DNA from: the human T2T-CHM13v2.0 reference genome, Homo sapiens
Reading direction: 5' to 3' (one strand)
Assembly (NCBI RefSeq): GCF_009914755.1
Contig: NC_060934.1
DNA: 64,000 nucleotides
This document shows positions 16,101 through 28,062 of the stretch, piece by piece (the stretch's first letter is position 1; every line of letters begins with the position of its first letter). Below the pieces are notes generated by a model, which saw only the letters and a program-made list of their open reading frames with translations, searched no databases and was not told the origin of the DNA. The position numbers were made by a program, and so were the translations under genes.

Positions 16101-17361
16101 TGGTGTCTCCTAACTTCAGAGACAGGGACTCTTTTTGGATCTCTATTGACAAGTAATAAAAGTCTGGCCCTCATAACTTGTTTCCGAACTAGAAAAGTCT
16201 GTGAGACCCCTACATCATTCTGGTTTTTTTGCTTGAGTAAGAACAATCCTTTTTTATTTTTCTTCTGTACAGTCTAAAGCTACAGAGAAAAAAAAATGCA
16301 CTCTTCCCTTGCCGGCTCCTGGTACCATTGGTCTGAACAGCTGTAGTTGGTCTACTCCTTACTTAGCACTTGATTGTGTGGGGAAACAAAGGTGGGAGGG
16401 GTGGGGAATACTGGAAATAATCAGGGCAATTTTTTTCTTTCCCATAATTGGACTAGATACCTTGGTACTGTTGACCTTCTCAGCATCTCCCTTTTGCCTT
16501 AGATGGCAACACCCTCCAGTCTGTAGCAGAGCAGTCCAACCCAGATTAGTGCAGCCCGGAGGCTTAGGGTGCAGCCTCCCTGGTCTTCCTCCACACAGTT
16601 GTTCACCAACAGACCAGACCTCCTTTAACCACAGTGTCAACATAGTATCGGAAAGAGAGCCATTTCTTAGGGGAATAAAACAGTTTCGCTTCTTTAGCTC
16701 ATCTGTGGTGTCAGAATCCTTGGAGCTGAAGAGAGAAATCAAAAGAGCATGATGATGGCTGCCTGGTTTCAGGTGGAACTTAATGCATTGATCTTTAGAA
16801 GCTCCTTCTGTTGGAAGTTGAGTACCTGTGATCTAAAATGTCCTGGAGGCAGATGACATCTAAAATATGTGCTTTCCAACCAGCACAGCTGGCGCTCTTA
16901 GCTCCTGATTGGTTGTGTGTTTTATTAAGGATCAGTGCAGTTAAGTCGTATTTTAAAGTGTTACCTCCCCTCCTAACCCTTCCCCTTCTTGGACACTGAA
17001 GGAAAAGGCCAACTAGGGTGTTAGCCCTCTGGGCACCAAGGAAACTAACAGCTTTCTCAAAGCGGTGACCACTCAGGCCAGCCCAGACAAATCTGAGGGA
17101 TGGCCAGTGCACTCCAATGATGGGACAGGCCTAACAACACATGTAAGCTTCCCCGAGAGCTTTCAGCTGGTTCACCTCTTTGTTCTCTAGACTCTTAAGT
17201 ACTGACTGCTTTGACTTTTGTGATTATGTTATGGTGATGTGTAGTCAGTGTACCAATATGTTCACAACCTAGGATCATGATAATGGAGTGTGTTTTGGGT
17301 TTTTTTTAACTGTTCAGAAAAAAAGTAAATTACAAATATAAGATTAAAGTGAATTTTCTAA
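13195..17361 (+). other. BTRC: BTRC terminal non-coding exon (3'UTR, ~4.2 kb)
   Basis: Acceptor ctgttttcacacag|GACCC at 13194/13195; repeat-free sequence; distal ATTAAA at 17343-17348; 3' end approximate. Confidence 0.85.
17343..17348 (+). terminator. BTRC: BTRC distal polyadenylation signal (ATTAAA)
   Basis: ATTAAA preceded by TGTA and U-rich elements (17238-17310), followed by GU/U-rich cgtcttgtctccttg. Confidence 0.7.
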
Positions 17362-20300
17362 GCGTCTTGTCTCCTTGCCCCAGCATCCAGAAGGGCAGTA
17401 CACTTTTCAGTATACAGACTGAGGGAGTGCAGAGATAGAATACCTTTGCAGATAATCTGACATGAGAAAACAAGATTGAGAGAAAGCAGGGCTGGATGCT
17501 GTGGATGAGTGTGGGGTCCCTGGCTTACGCCTACTGTTCCATGTTGAGTTAAATTGAAGCCAAAGTCATGTCTCATTTGTGCATTGGTCACCTTAGCCAA
17601 CCACAGCCCAACCTGAATGCAGAATTTACATTTTTCTCTGCCCCTCAGCTGTGAAAAGACTTGAGTTTCCCCTACATCCCATTTGATCAGTTTATAGGCA
17701 AGCAAGCTCACATCTGGGAGCAATTTCCAGAGGGGCTCCAACAAGCTGTAAGAATGAAGGCACCCTTGACTATCTGGGATATGACATTGCAGTTCTTGAG
17801 TGAAACCCCCCTTCCCTCCTTCAGCCAAACCTGGAGAGGTACAAGGTTGCAGGCAGTGGCCGAATGGGACTATCTCTCCCCGTTGGCCCTGTACCCCTCC
17901 CCTCTCTAGTGTCACAAACAGGATCCTTGTCAAAATTGACCCATCCTTCTTTTAGATCTATGGGCTTTTTGTATTAATAACCCTTCCACATGACCAAGGC
18001 TCTCTGGCTTCCATCAGCCTTGTAGTCTCATTGTCTTGTCTGGACTGACCACTGGCCATGAGCAATCTCAGACTGTGGTCAATATCAGGGCCGCTGTGCA
18101 GAACCCTCCCTACTAGAGCTGGAAGAATGTCAGAGCATCAGGTCCACCCAACCCTTGGCAGATGAGGAAACTGAGGAGAAAGAAAAGGGACCCACATTGC
18201 CCAAAACTACACTGAAGAATCCTCCCTAACAACTAAGGGCAGGCAGCACCCAAGAGAGAGAAGGAAGGGAGGGAGGTGTCAGAGGAACCACTGTGGGGCC
18301 ACTGGTATCTGCTCAGTTAATATTCCTCACCAGCTGGGCTCCTGAGCAGAGGCTGAGCCTAAGAGTTTGTGGACCTCACCCTCAAACTGTGTCAGATCTC
18401 TTCCCCAGGAAGGGTGTGGTCTAGGGCCTGCCCTGGCAAGTCTCAACCCTATAGCCGTGGTTTCCTACTCCCAGGCTGGGCCAGGAATCCCTCCCTGCTT
18501 TAAACCTATAGCTGTGCCACCATCAGCAATGACTAAGGGGAGGAGATCTCTCTTCTTCCTGATTGGCTCTTGCCAATTAAGAGCATTTTATTAGGCTGCT
18601 AATTAAAGGCACTTCGTTAGCAGCAGGAGAGGCCAAGTGGGTGCCTGGTGAGACGGAGCTGAAGCCTGGAGAAATTGTTTTCGTCCCCCCATGGAAGCAG
18701 AGCCTCTCAGGGAAGCTCTCAGTCCCCACCCTCTCCTGCTGCGCCTACAACACCCCTTGCTTTCAATTAGCAACTCTGAGGGGAGCAAGGTGATTACCAA
18801 ACCCAAGCTGGAACCCCCCACCACCACCAGCACCACCTCAGGCTGCATGCGGTCCTCAGGGGCTGGCCAGACCCCCAGGCACCTCATGAACCCGGGCCCA
18901 GGGAAGGAGAGGCTGGGCAGCCCAATGGGGAGTGTGCTCTCCCCACTAAGGAATGGGGCATGACTCCCCAAGCAGCTCAGGTGAATGTCACCTGGTCCTC
19001 ATCATTGGGGCCATCCCTAGCAGTCACTGGATAACCAGTCACTTGTTCACATAGTGTGAATCCTCATGCTCCTTTCCTCAACAAACACTCATGATTTCAT
19101 GGAGGAAATGTGCCCTTCCCACCCGTGAGGGACAGTCCCTGGTCGTTTAACAAGAGCACAGCCCACGTAGACCCTGAATGGGTCCTGGAGGAGAGGGGGC
19201 TGACAGTTTTACAATCCCGGCCATGCAGACCCTTGAGCGACTCCTGTCCCTGAGCTCATGTCGAATGTGAGGCGCTTCCCCTGGACGGTCCGAATGAGCC
19301 CCCTGCAAGAGAGGAGAGCCTGGCTATGACCTAGCACGTGGGGGTTGGCATGCAGGGACACCCCCTCTCCAGAGCCCTGCCTGTCCCATCTTGTGCCCAC
19401 CTCACCCCTCAGTTAACTGCAGAATTAGCACCGGCCGTGAGGGCAGATTTATGACTAGGCCTGCCTCCCTCCACTTAACCCGAGGCCGGCCCGGGCTCCA
19501 GACACTAAATTAGATTTTTGACAATTAGAGAGACTAATGGGCACATAGCCATCCCCAGAGCCAGATATCCAGATCCAGCAAGGCCATTCTTTAATATCCA
19601 CCACCAGCCAGCCCAACCCTCCCCTGGCCACCCCCTTCTCCCTCCCGTGGGTGGGCATTTCTCTCTCCCCAGCCCCTGTCTCTCTCTGCCCGGGCTCTAC
19701 ATGCACTCACGAGCTGTCTCTGGTTCCCCTTCCCTGTCTCACCTACTCTTGCCTTCCAGCCCCTTGCCCAGTACCAGCCTGGCTCTAGAACGCTGTCCGT
19801 CTCCTTGCCTTCAGCCTCCTTTTTGTACTTTGAACACTTCCATCTTAAGCCGCCCTTTCCCCAGGGCCCATCTATCTGTAATCTTCCATCTGCCCTGAGG
19901 AGATTGCAAGCCCCTTGAGGGCAGGGGCTTAGGCTCTCTCTGGATCCTAAATGCTCCGCACCCAGTCAGTGTTTACTGTTTGTTGTTTCCTGAGACTCCA
20001 ACTCCTTCCTCCCCCTTCCTCTGAGCTGCTGGGTCTACAAGGCCTGCCCACCTTGCCCTCTTGGTCCCAGGCCCACCCTGGCTCTGGCCTGGCTCTGCTT
20101 GGATTGGGTGGCTCCCCCTTCCCTGCAGCCCCACAGCTCTGGCCAGTCTTGAGTTGGCCGGGTAATGAGATTGCAGTAAGTAGTTGGGGGAGCTGCTCAC
20201 ATTCACTCAGGCGGACTCATAGCTCTGTCAGGCTGATTGGTCCTGAGTGGAGGCACAAACGGCCCCCCATGGACACACTGCGATTGGTTATAAAATTACA

Positions 20301-22680
20301 AGCATTTGTCCTGCTGTCAGGGGCCTTCCTCCCGCCCCTCTGCCTGCCTGCCTGGGCTCCCACCATTCCCCACCCATCCCTTTCCCCAGTGGGGTTGGCC
20401 CACACACCCCAAAGGACCTGGCCAGGGGCCACCACAGCAGGTAGGGCTAAGAGGCTGAGGCCACCAAGCTCCCAAGGGGCAGGTTTTCATGTCTTGGCCC
20501 TGGAGTGGTTCACAGTGCAGGCTGGCCTCAGAGTGACCTGACCCTGTGCTCAGTGTTTCCTGTCCCCTGAGGGTAAGTGGGGGTGGGGGCCCCAGGGCAA
20601 ACAGGCCTTGGAATCCTCAGGGGAGGAAGAGGTGTCCCAAGCCCCAGGCCTCCCAAGGACAACCAATGCCTGCAACTTCAGATGTGGTCCCAGGCTGGAG
20701 CTGTGGAGCAAGGGGTGGCTGAAGGCCTGCCCTGCTGAAGGGGAGAGCAGCAGAAGCCAGGTCGGCCACAGGAGCCCATCTCTCCTCCCTCCAGGTGGCC
20801 AGACCCTTGCCCTGTATCCTGACCCCCAGCTAAGGACAAATCAGCCTTCAGGAGAGTCTCTGAAGCCTAGACCAGAACAAAAAGCCAGTATGGCACACCA
20901 GAGCCTTGCTGTGGTTACTGATCCACAGGCTGAGTCCTCTAGGTCTGGCTCTTAGACACCCCCACCCAGGCCTTGGCAAGGGCCCAGTTACCCCCACGCA
21001 TGAGTGCCTTGAAATCCCACCTAGTGCTCTCTTATGCTCACACAGAAACACCCACTTCTTCCTGGCTGAGACCCAGGCATCAGCCCAGGCCCTCTCACCC
21101 AAGCTGCACAGCCTCCTTCCCACTCATTTCTCCAGCCAGGCCCCAGACCCCAGCCCCTGACCAGCCCCCAGCTCCAACCTCAGTCCTTCCTCTCTGGAGG
21201 CACCAGGGCACCCTATAATCTGCTTGGAGGGATGCTGAGGGAAGGGTTCCCCAGCTTGGAGAGGGGAGCGTTAGGGGAGCAGCGTCTCCTGGCTGTGGGC
21301 CACAAGGTGCCTTCCTGCCATCCGTCACTCATTCGCAGCCCAGAATGTATTTGCTGTAATTACATCTTTAATTAGGGTGGTGACGGCTCATTGTTCACCA
21401 ACAATGATGAATGGGTCCTCCTGGTTGCCATCCTCCCTGTCCAGCACCCTCCAGGTCAGCTCTCCCCCAGCTTTGGGGCTGGGAAGGATACATGAGCACA
21501 GGCTCTTCTCCCATCGAGTCCCAGGCCCTGAGGCCTAGAAGCAGCCGTGAGCTCTCCCCCAAGGGTGATGATGTTCTTCTGGGCCTCCGGGGGCTCCCAA
21601 GGGACTCGACAGATCCTGATACCTTCACCCAGGGCTCCCTGCAGCAAGGCTGCAGATCTCACAGCCACCAGATGTCTCCTTGGTCCAAACTGGCCAGGCC
21701 GGGGGGGTAGCCTGACATTGCCTCACTCCCACCCACCACACACATGCCACATCACCACGCCCAGACTCGTCCCTGGGCCACACGCTCCTCATCACAGGAG
21801 CTGACAGGTGCAGAAAGAAAGGCTTGCAGTTCACAAGCTGGAGGGTGAGTGGGCAGCCTTAACTCCAAGCTCCCCTGTGAATGAAATGGGGTCTCTGACC
21901 AAGGCGAGGCCTCCCTTCCCCCACATGCCTATGCGCACCCAGGCCATGTGCCCAGGCCCAAAGCTGCAGGTGGTGGATGTTTGGTGACTCCATGAGCAAA
22001 TGGATCCATCAGTGAGAGGAAATCCATGCACCTGTTTGGAGATCATGGGCTGGTTGGGGCCTATGGTAAGCAGAGGGGCCGGGACAGGCCATGGAGGCCC
22101 AGGAGGCTTGTGGAGGTGAGAACCCTAATCTGGGTTAAAGCCCCAAGTGGCATGCTCCTGGCTGTATGACCTGGGTGTGTCCCCTAACCTCTAAGTGTTC
22201 CCTCATTTATAAGAGGGGGATGAGAACAGAACTCCCCCACAAGAGATGGCTGCCTGGATTTTCACTGCAACACTGCATGCCAAGTGAACAGAGCAGGCCA
22301 AGGTGGGAGCCACAAAGGAAGGGGGGTGCAGGGCAGCTGAGGCCACAAGGAGCTGGGAGAGGGACCTCACACCTTGGTGTGAAAAAGACCTCAACAACTG
22401 CAAGCTTTGTTGGGCACAGAATGGGAGGCGGGGGTGGCAGGGCTGTGACAAGGGTGGCGTAGGATTGGGTGCACAGTAGTTGCACAGGACATACTTGTTG
22501 ATAGGAATTGCGGCGGGGGCCTCCTTTCAGAAGCTGAGGAAGCTCCTCCCAGCGTGGGCATGATCTGGTCAGGGCAGGGCCCTGGTGAGGGAGGCTGCCA
22601 TGGGGATATAGGGATAATATCTTCTTCATAGGATGGTCATGAGTACACTGGGAGAGGTGAATGGATTAGAAGTGCTCAGA

Positions 22681-23137
<457 letters not shown>

Positions 23138-24049
23138 TCAGTGTTTATGGATACATGGTCATTGTAGTACCTTTAAGGTACTGGCCTTGGAGACAGCAGG
23201 GCAGGCTAGCACAAGTGGCTTCAGGAAGGGTAGCTGGCAGGAGGGGATGCAGATGGGTTGTGCCCTCTGCCCTTTCTACTTCCAGCTCTACAGTTCTGTG
23301 ACTCCCATCCCTCCATGGGGACTGTCATTTTCCATGGAGCCTCTCTACTCCCAGGGATGGCCTTTCAGCATCCCCGCTCTTCCCCAGCAACCCTCTCCAC
23401 CCCGCAGGGACCCCCTTCCCAGGGTGGAAGCCCAGGCTGGAAGGAAGAGTCGTACCTAGCGGTAAGTATGGGCAACATTACATATGTATATTGGAGAGTA
23501 AATAACCCCAAAAAGCGCCTTGTAAATAGACTCTGAGTTTATCCTTTATTAATGAGGCACCGAGTGCCCTGCTGTTTTAGAGCAGCGAGACTTTCATAAT
23601 ATCAAAACCTAAATTACACTTGCGTCTCTCATCCCAGGGACGAGCATCTTTCAGCCCCGTTTGCAGAGTGAGTAAGCAGGAATCCCTCCTTGCCTGCCTG
23701 GGAGTTGGTGGCACCTTTCTTCTGGCTGGAGTGAGGGTGGATGTGGACACACACACCCCAAGTCCCTGGAGAGCTCCGTGTCTAAGGCCTCAGGGTCCCA
23801 TGGATGAGGGCTGACTGGGATGCCGGCCTCTGTTCCTTGCACAGAGTTTACCGGATCCAGGGGCTGCCCCAGGCTCTGAGGTTTACTCTTTCAACATAAG
23901 GCAGTGGACACTTACAAGCTTTGTGATCAAGTTACTCCCCATCTCTCAGCTTCAGTTTATACATGTGTAAAACAGGGATAATATCTTCATAGGATGGCCG
24001 TGGGGACGCTGGGAGAGGTGAATGGATTAGCAGTTCTTGGGGGTGATGG

Positions 24050-24352
24050 GGCCTGCACGCAGTGGCTCATGCCTTGCAATCCCAGCACATTGGAGGCCAA
24101 GGCAGACAGATTGCTTGAACCCAGGAGTTCCAGACCAGCCTGGTCAACAAAATAAGAACCTGTCTCTACAAAAAATACAAAAATATGCTGGGTCTGGTTG
24201 TGTGTATCTGTAGTCCTGGCTACTCGGGAGGCTGAGACGGGAGGATCACCTGAGCCCAGGAAGGTGGAAGCTGCAGTGAGCCGTGATCATGCCACTGCAC
24301 TCCAGCCTGGGCGACAGAGTGAGATCCTGTCTCAAAAAAAAAAAGAAAAAGA
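24050..24352 (+). mobile_element. AluJ-like element inserted in a MIR
   Basis: Full dimer; MIR core upstream (cttcagtttatacatgtgtaaaacagggataata); MIR tail resumes at aagtgctc. Confidence 0.85.
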
Positions 24353-25836
24353 AAGTGCTCGGGGGTGGTGCTTGGCAAATGTGAGTGGTGATGATGATAA
24401 TGATAGTGACAACAATGATTAATTCCCCTCTTTGGGATGGGACATCATTGTCTTCTGTTCAATTCCTGGAATGGACCATGTGGGTGGGGTGGGGGGGCCC
24501 AAGCTCCAGCCCCATCCTGGCATCAAGGCGCTGCGCTGAGGTTGGGATGCCAGGGCCCTTCTCACCCCAGCACATTCAGGATCTGACTTTGCTGTGTCCC
24601 CCAACTCTGGGGCAGAACCCAGACCCTCTTGGCCCCCTCGATTCCCCAGGTCCAAGACCCCTCTCAGGCTCCCTGGGGATTGCATCTGTCCTGCCCTGGG
24701 CCTGGGCCAGGCTGGCTAGGCAGGCAGGTGGGCAGGCGGGCGCGGTGTGGTCAGGATTTACAGCTTGGCCAGCCAGGTTCCTGGTGCTCCGGTGGGCGTC
24801 ATGTCGAGTCTGTCCCATTATATGGACAGTTGAGTTTAATAGTCATTGTGTGCTCACTCAGAGCCCAGCAAACATCGCGGGGCGACACCCCCTCCACACT
24901 AGCCGCCCGCTCCCCAGCCACACGGCCCATCCATACAGTAAATTAAAAATATGAATCACTTCTCCCCACTGCCTCCCCAAACGCTCATCTTGTCAGCCTC
25001 TATGTTGCCTTCATTTGTATTACCTTAATTTAATGTTAATTATGGTCTTCATTTACAAGGAACAAGCGAGCCCTGCTCCGCCAGGGGAACTTCCCCCCAG
25101 CCCTCCCCGCTCAACCCAGGAGGAGAGGCTGGGGGAGAAGGGGAATTTGGGGGACTGCAGGAGTGAAAAGGGGAGTTAGGGAGAGGGCATGAGATGAGAT
25201 CTTGGCCATCAGAGGCTGGTGGCCATTCTAGGAGGGACTAGGAGGACCTCCCACCTCCCCCATACACTCTGTCTTCAATCATTTATTCATTCCACAGCAA
25301 TTTATTGAGCACATAATATGTGCCAAACAATCAGGAACCAGAGAGGTGGGGGTGGGTGTCTCTCTCTAATAAGCGCTAATGGAGTCCCCTCTGCAATCCT
25401 GAAGTGAATGTGGATCAGAAAGACATATCCGTGCCCCAAGTGGGCTGGCCCCTGACCCAGCCTAGAGGGCATAGGACACAGACAAGTGGGGGAGGTTCCT
25501 TCCCTTCCAAGCTTCCCTGGACTACCAGTGTTACCCTGTCCTTAATCTGCCTCACACCCCTTTCAGGCAGGAAGTTCTTTCTGGAGTCTTTCCTAAGTCC
25601 CTCTTGCTGCAGATCAGCCTAGGCTCAGAGCCTGAATAGGGCCAGGAGTGGAAGAGTGACTCCCATGCCACACTGTCTCTGGAGGGTTGGGAGGAAGGCA
25701 TTGTGGGGATCAGTCATCCCACCACCCACCAGCCAGCAGCCATCATGCCCCCACCTCATCACCACCCCCCAGCCAGCCATGCAGACTCCACCAACATCCT
25801 TGTATCTGAGAGTCCTGGGAGCCCTGATTGTGACTC

Positions 25837-26133
<297 letters not shown>

Positions 26134-26449
26134 TGATTGTGACTCTCTGGCTGTCCCTGTGCTGCCAATGGAACACACAGTCACATTCAGGCCTGTACAG
26201 CCTGTGGGGAGCGCAGTAAATGTTGGTGGCTGATGTCACACGTGTGCACACGAAGCTGGCAGAGGGCCACCTGCATGCAAGCTGCCATTAACCAGGAATA
26301 TCCTCTCCCCTGCCCCCCCTACATACAGCTCTTCCACTGGGGAAGAGGATCTCCAGCTGGGAATATCTTGACAGACGAGGCTGTTGTGAGTGTGTGTCTG
26401 CATGTGTGTCCTCTCCAGGGAACCTTGATCCCTGCATAGGGACATGTGT

Positions 26450-27000
26450 CCCCCAGCATCGGCGTGTCTCTCAGGTTCCGCGTGCATGTGTGTGTGTGCG
26501 CGAGCATGTATCCAGCAGGCCCATGTGCATGTGTGCGCGCCTGTGCTCATGCACGCCCCCCCTCCCGCTGTCAGCCGCGCTGATGACATTGGCGCAGAGG
26601 AAAGTGATGACAAATGCCCGTTATCAGCGAACGAGGCCGATGACAAATGGGCGGGCGCCCGAGCAGCCCCATTACGCTGTAATAACAGAAGATGGATGGC
26701 CTGGAGCCCCCCCACCCCCACCCCGTGCCGGTAACGGGAGCCGATCCTGCTCCGCCCGCCCCGGGAGGGAGCCCAGCCGCTGCCGCCGGGCCGCCAATCA
26801 CGTCGGGGCCCAAGACGCCCAGACCGAGGAGCCGTGAAACCACGCGGCCCTTCTCGGCGGAGGAACAAAGCCCTGCGCTCAGCGGCCGCAGGGGGCTCAC
26901 CGGGCGTCTGGCCTGCCTGCGGCCAGGACGTGCAGCTGTGCACACACATGGCCTGCACACGCGCCAGGCGCCTATATCCTTGTACGGTGCACCCGCAGCA
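26450..27000. promoter_or_regulatory. Intergenic CpG island / probable developmental enhancer
   Basis: Dense CpG; repeated GATGACA motifs; CCAAT at ~26794; flanked by TG-rich and CA-rich tracts. Confidence 0.7.
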
Positions 27001-27792
27001 CTTGTTCAGGCACAACCCTGACCTCATGGGACCATGCACACATCCTTTTGTGTCACGCACACACATACATCTGCCACCAGACCTGGGTATACACCCGCCA
27101 ATGTAAATCCATGCACACACCACCGTGCACACCCGTGTACCTTCAATTCTTACACAAGCCTACAGAAACCACTATGTCCATACACATGTATGCGCCTAAC
27201 ATGATTGCTCATGCATAGATATGGAAATATGTATACATATAAGCAGAAATGCTTGCACATGAACACAAGCCCTACACACTGCTCTGTGCACACAATTCAG
27301 GGTGTCTAAACACCCACACACATGTAAAAGATGCCCACAGCTGCATCAACAAGTATTGACTGAGTCATACCATGCACCTGTCAGTTAGGTGCTGGGGCAG
27401 TTATAATGATGAAGGTAACACCATCCCTGTCTTCTAGAATCTTAAGTTTATGGGAGTGGGCAGATGAATGGCTGTGAGTGAAGGCAGAAAGTTGCTATGT
27501 GCTTTGACCCAAATAGTTTGTGATATAAGATTTACAACTGGAAAATCAGGACAGTCTTCCTGGAGGAGGTGGCTAAAGGAGGAGTGAATTTTTTAGAGGA
27601 ACTGAATTCTGAACAAAAGGTATGGAAACGGGGAAATGTAGGGAGTGTTTGAGGACAAGAAGTCTAAGAGGACAGGAATCCAGGTGAATGGCATTGGTTG
27701 AGTGTGGTGGGAATGAGACTTCTCAGACAGACTGGGACTGGGAGGCTGGAAGCCAGGAGGCAATCGAGGAGGGTGGAGCCTGTCCACCTGAG

Positions 27793-27844
27793 AGACCCAT
27801 GAGGCCTGGGCTAGCCTAAGACCCGTGAGGCCTGGGCTAGCCTA
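27793..27844 (+). repeat. 26-bp tandem duplication
   Basis: agaccc(a/g)tgaggcctgggctagccta x2, one mismatch. Confidence 0.9.
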
Positions 27845-27919
27845 GAAAGGAAAGGAGAGGATCAGGAAGTCAATGAACCAGAGAGTAAGCGGGCGGGAGG
27901 CGCCAGGCAGGCTGACTTG

Positions 27920-28062
27920 ACAGGACCCTGCACTTACACGAGCCCCATGCCTGATTGTACATTCTACTGTCTCTGTCTTGAAATTCTAATTTTTTATTAA
28001 GAAGCTCCTTGTTTTCATTTTGCACCAGGCCTTGAAGATTATGTTGCCCATCCTGGATCCTG
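27920..28062. mobile_element. MER91-like hAT element
   Basis: ttttcattttgcaccaggccttgaagattatgttgcccatcctg resembles the MER91 end as recalled. Confidence 0.55.

Noticed and set aside
20290-20680. TNACNF peptide recurring in opposite-strand ORFs, hinting at an inverted repeat
   Set aside because: Nucleotide match is short and gapped; consistent with chance
24815-24825. CCATTATATGG as an SRF CArG box
   Set aside because: Seven rather than six A/T bases between CC and GG
26236-27132. 298-aa minus-strand ORF and overlapping ORFs
   Set aside because: GC-rich and CA/TG low-complexity DNA leaves several frames open; C/V/H/T-biased composition; no recognisable domain
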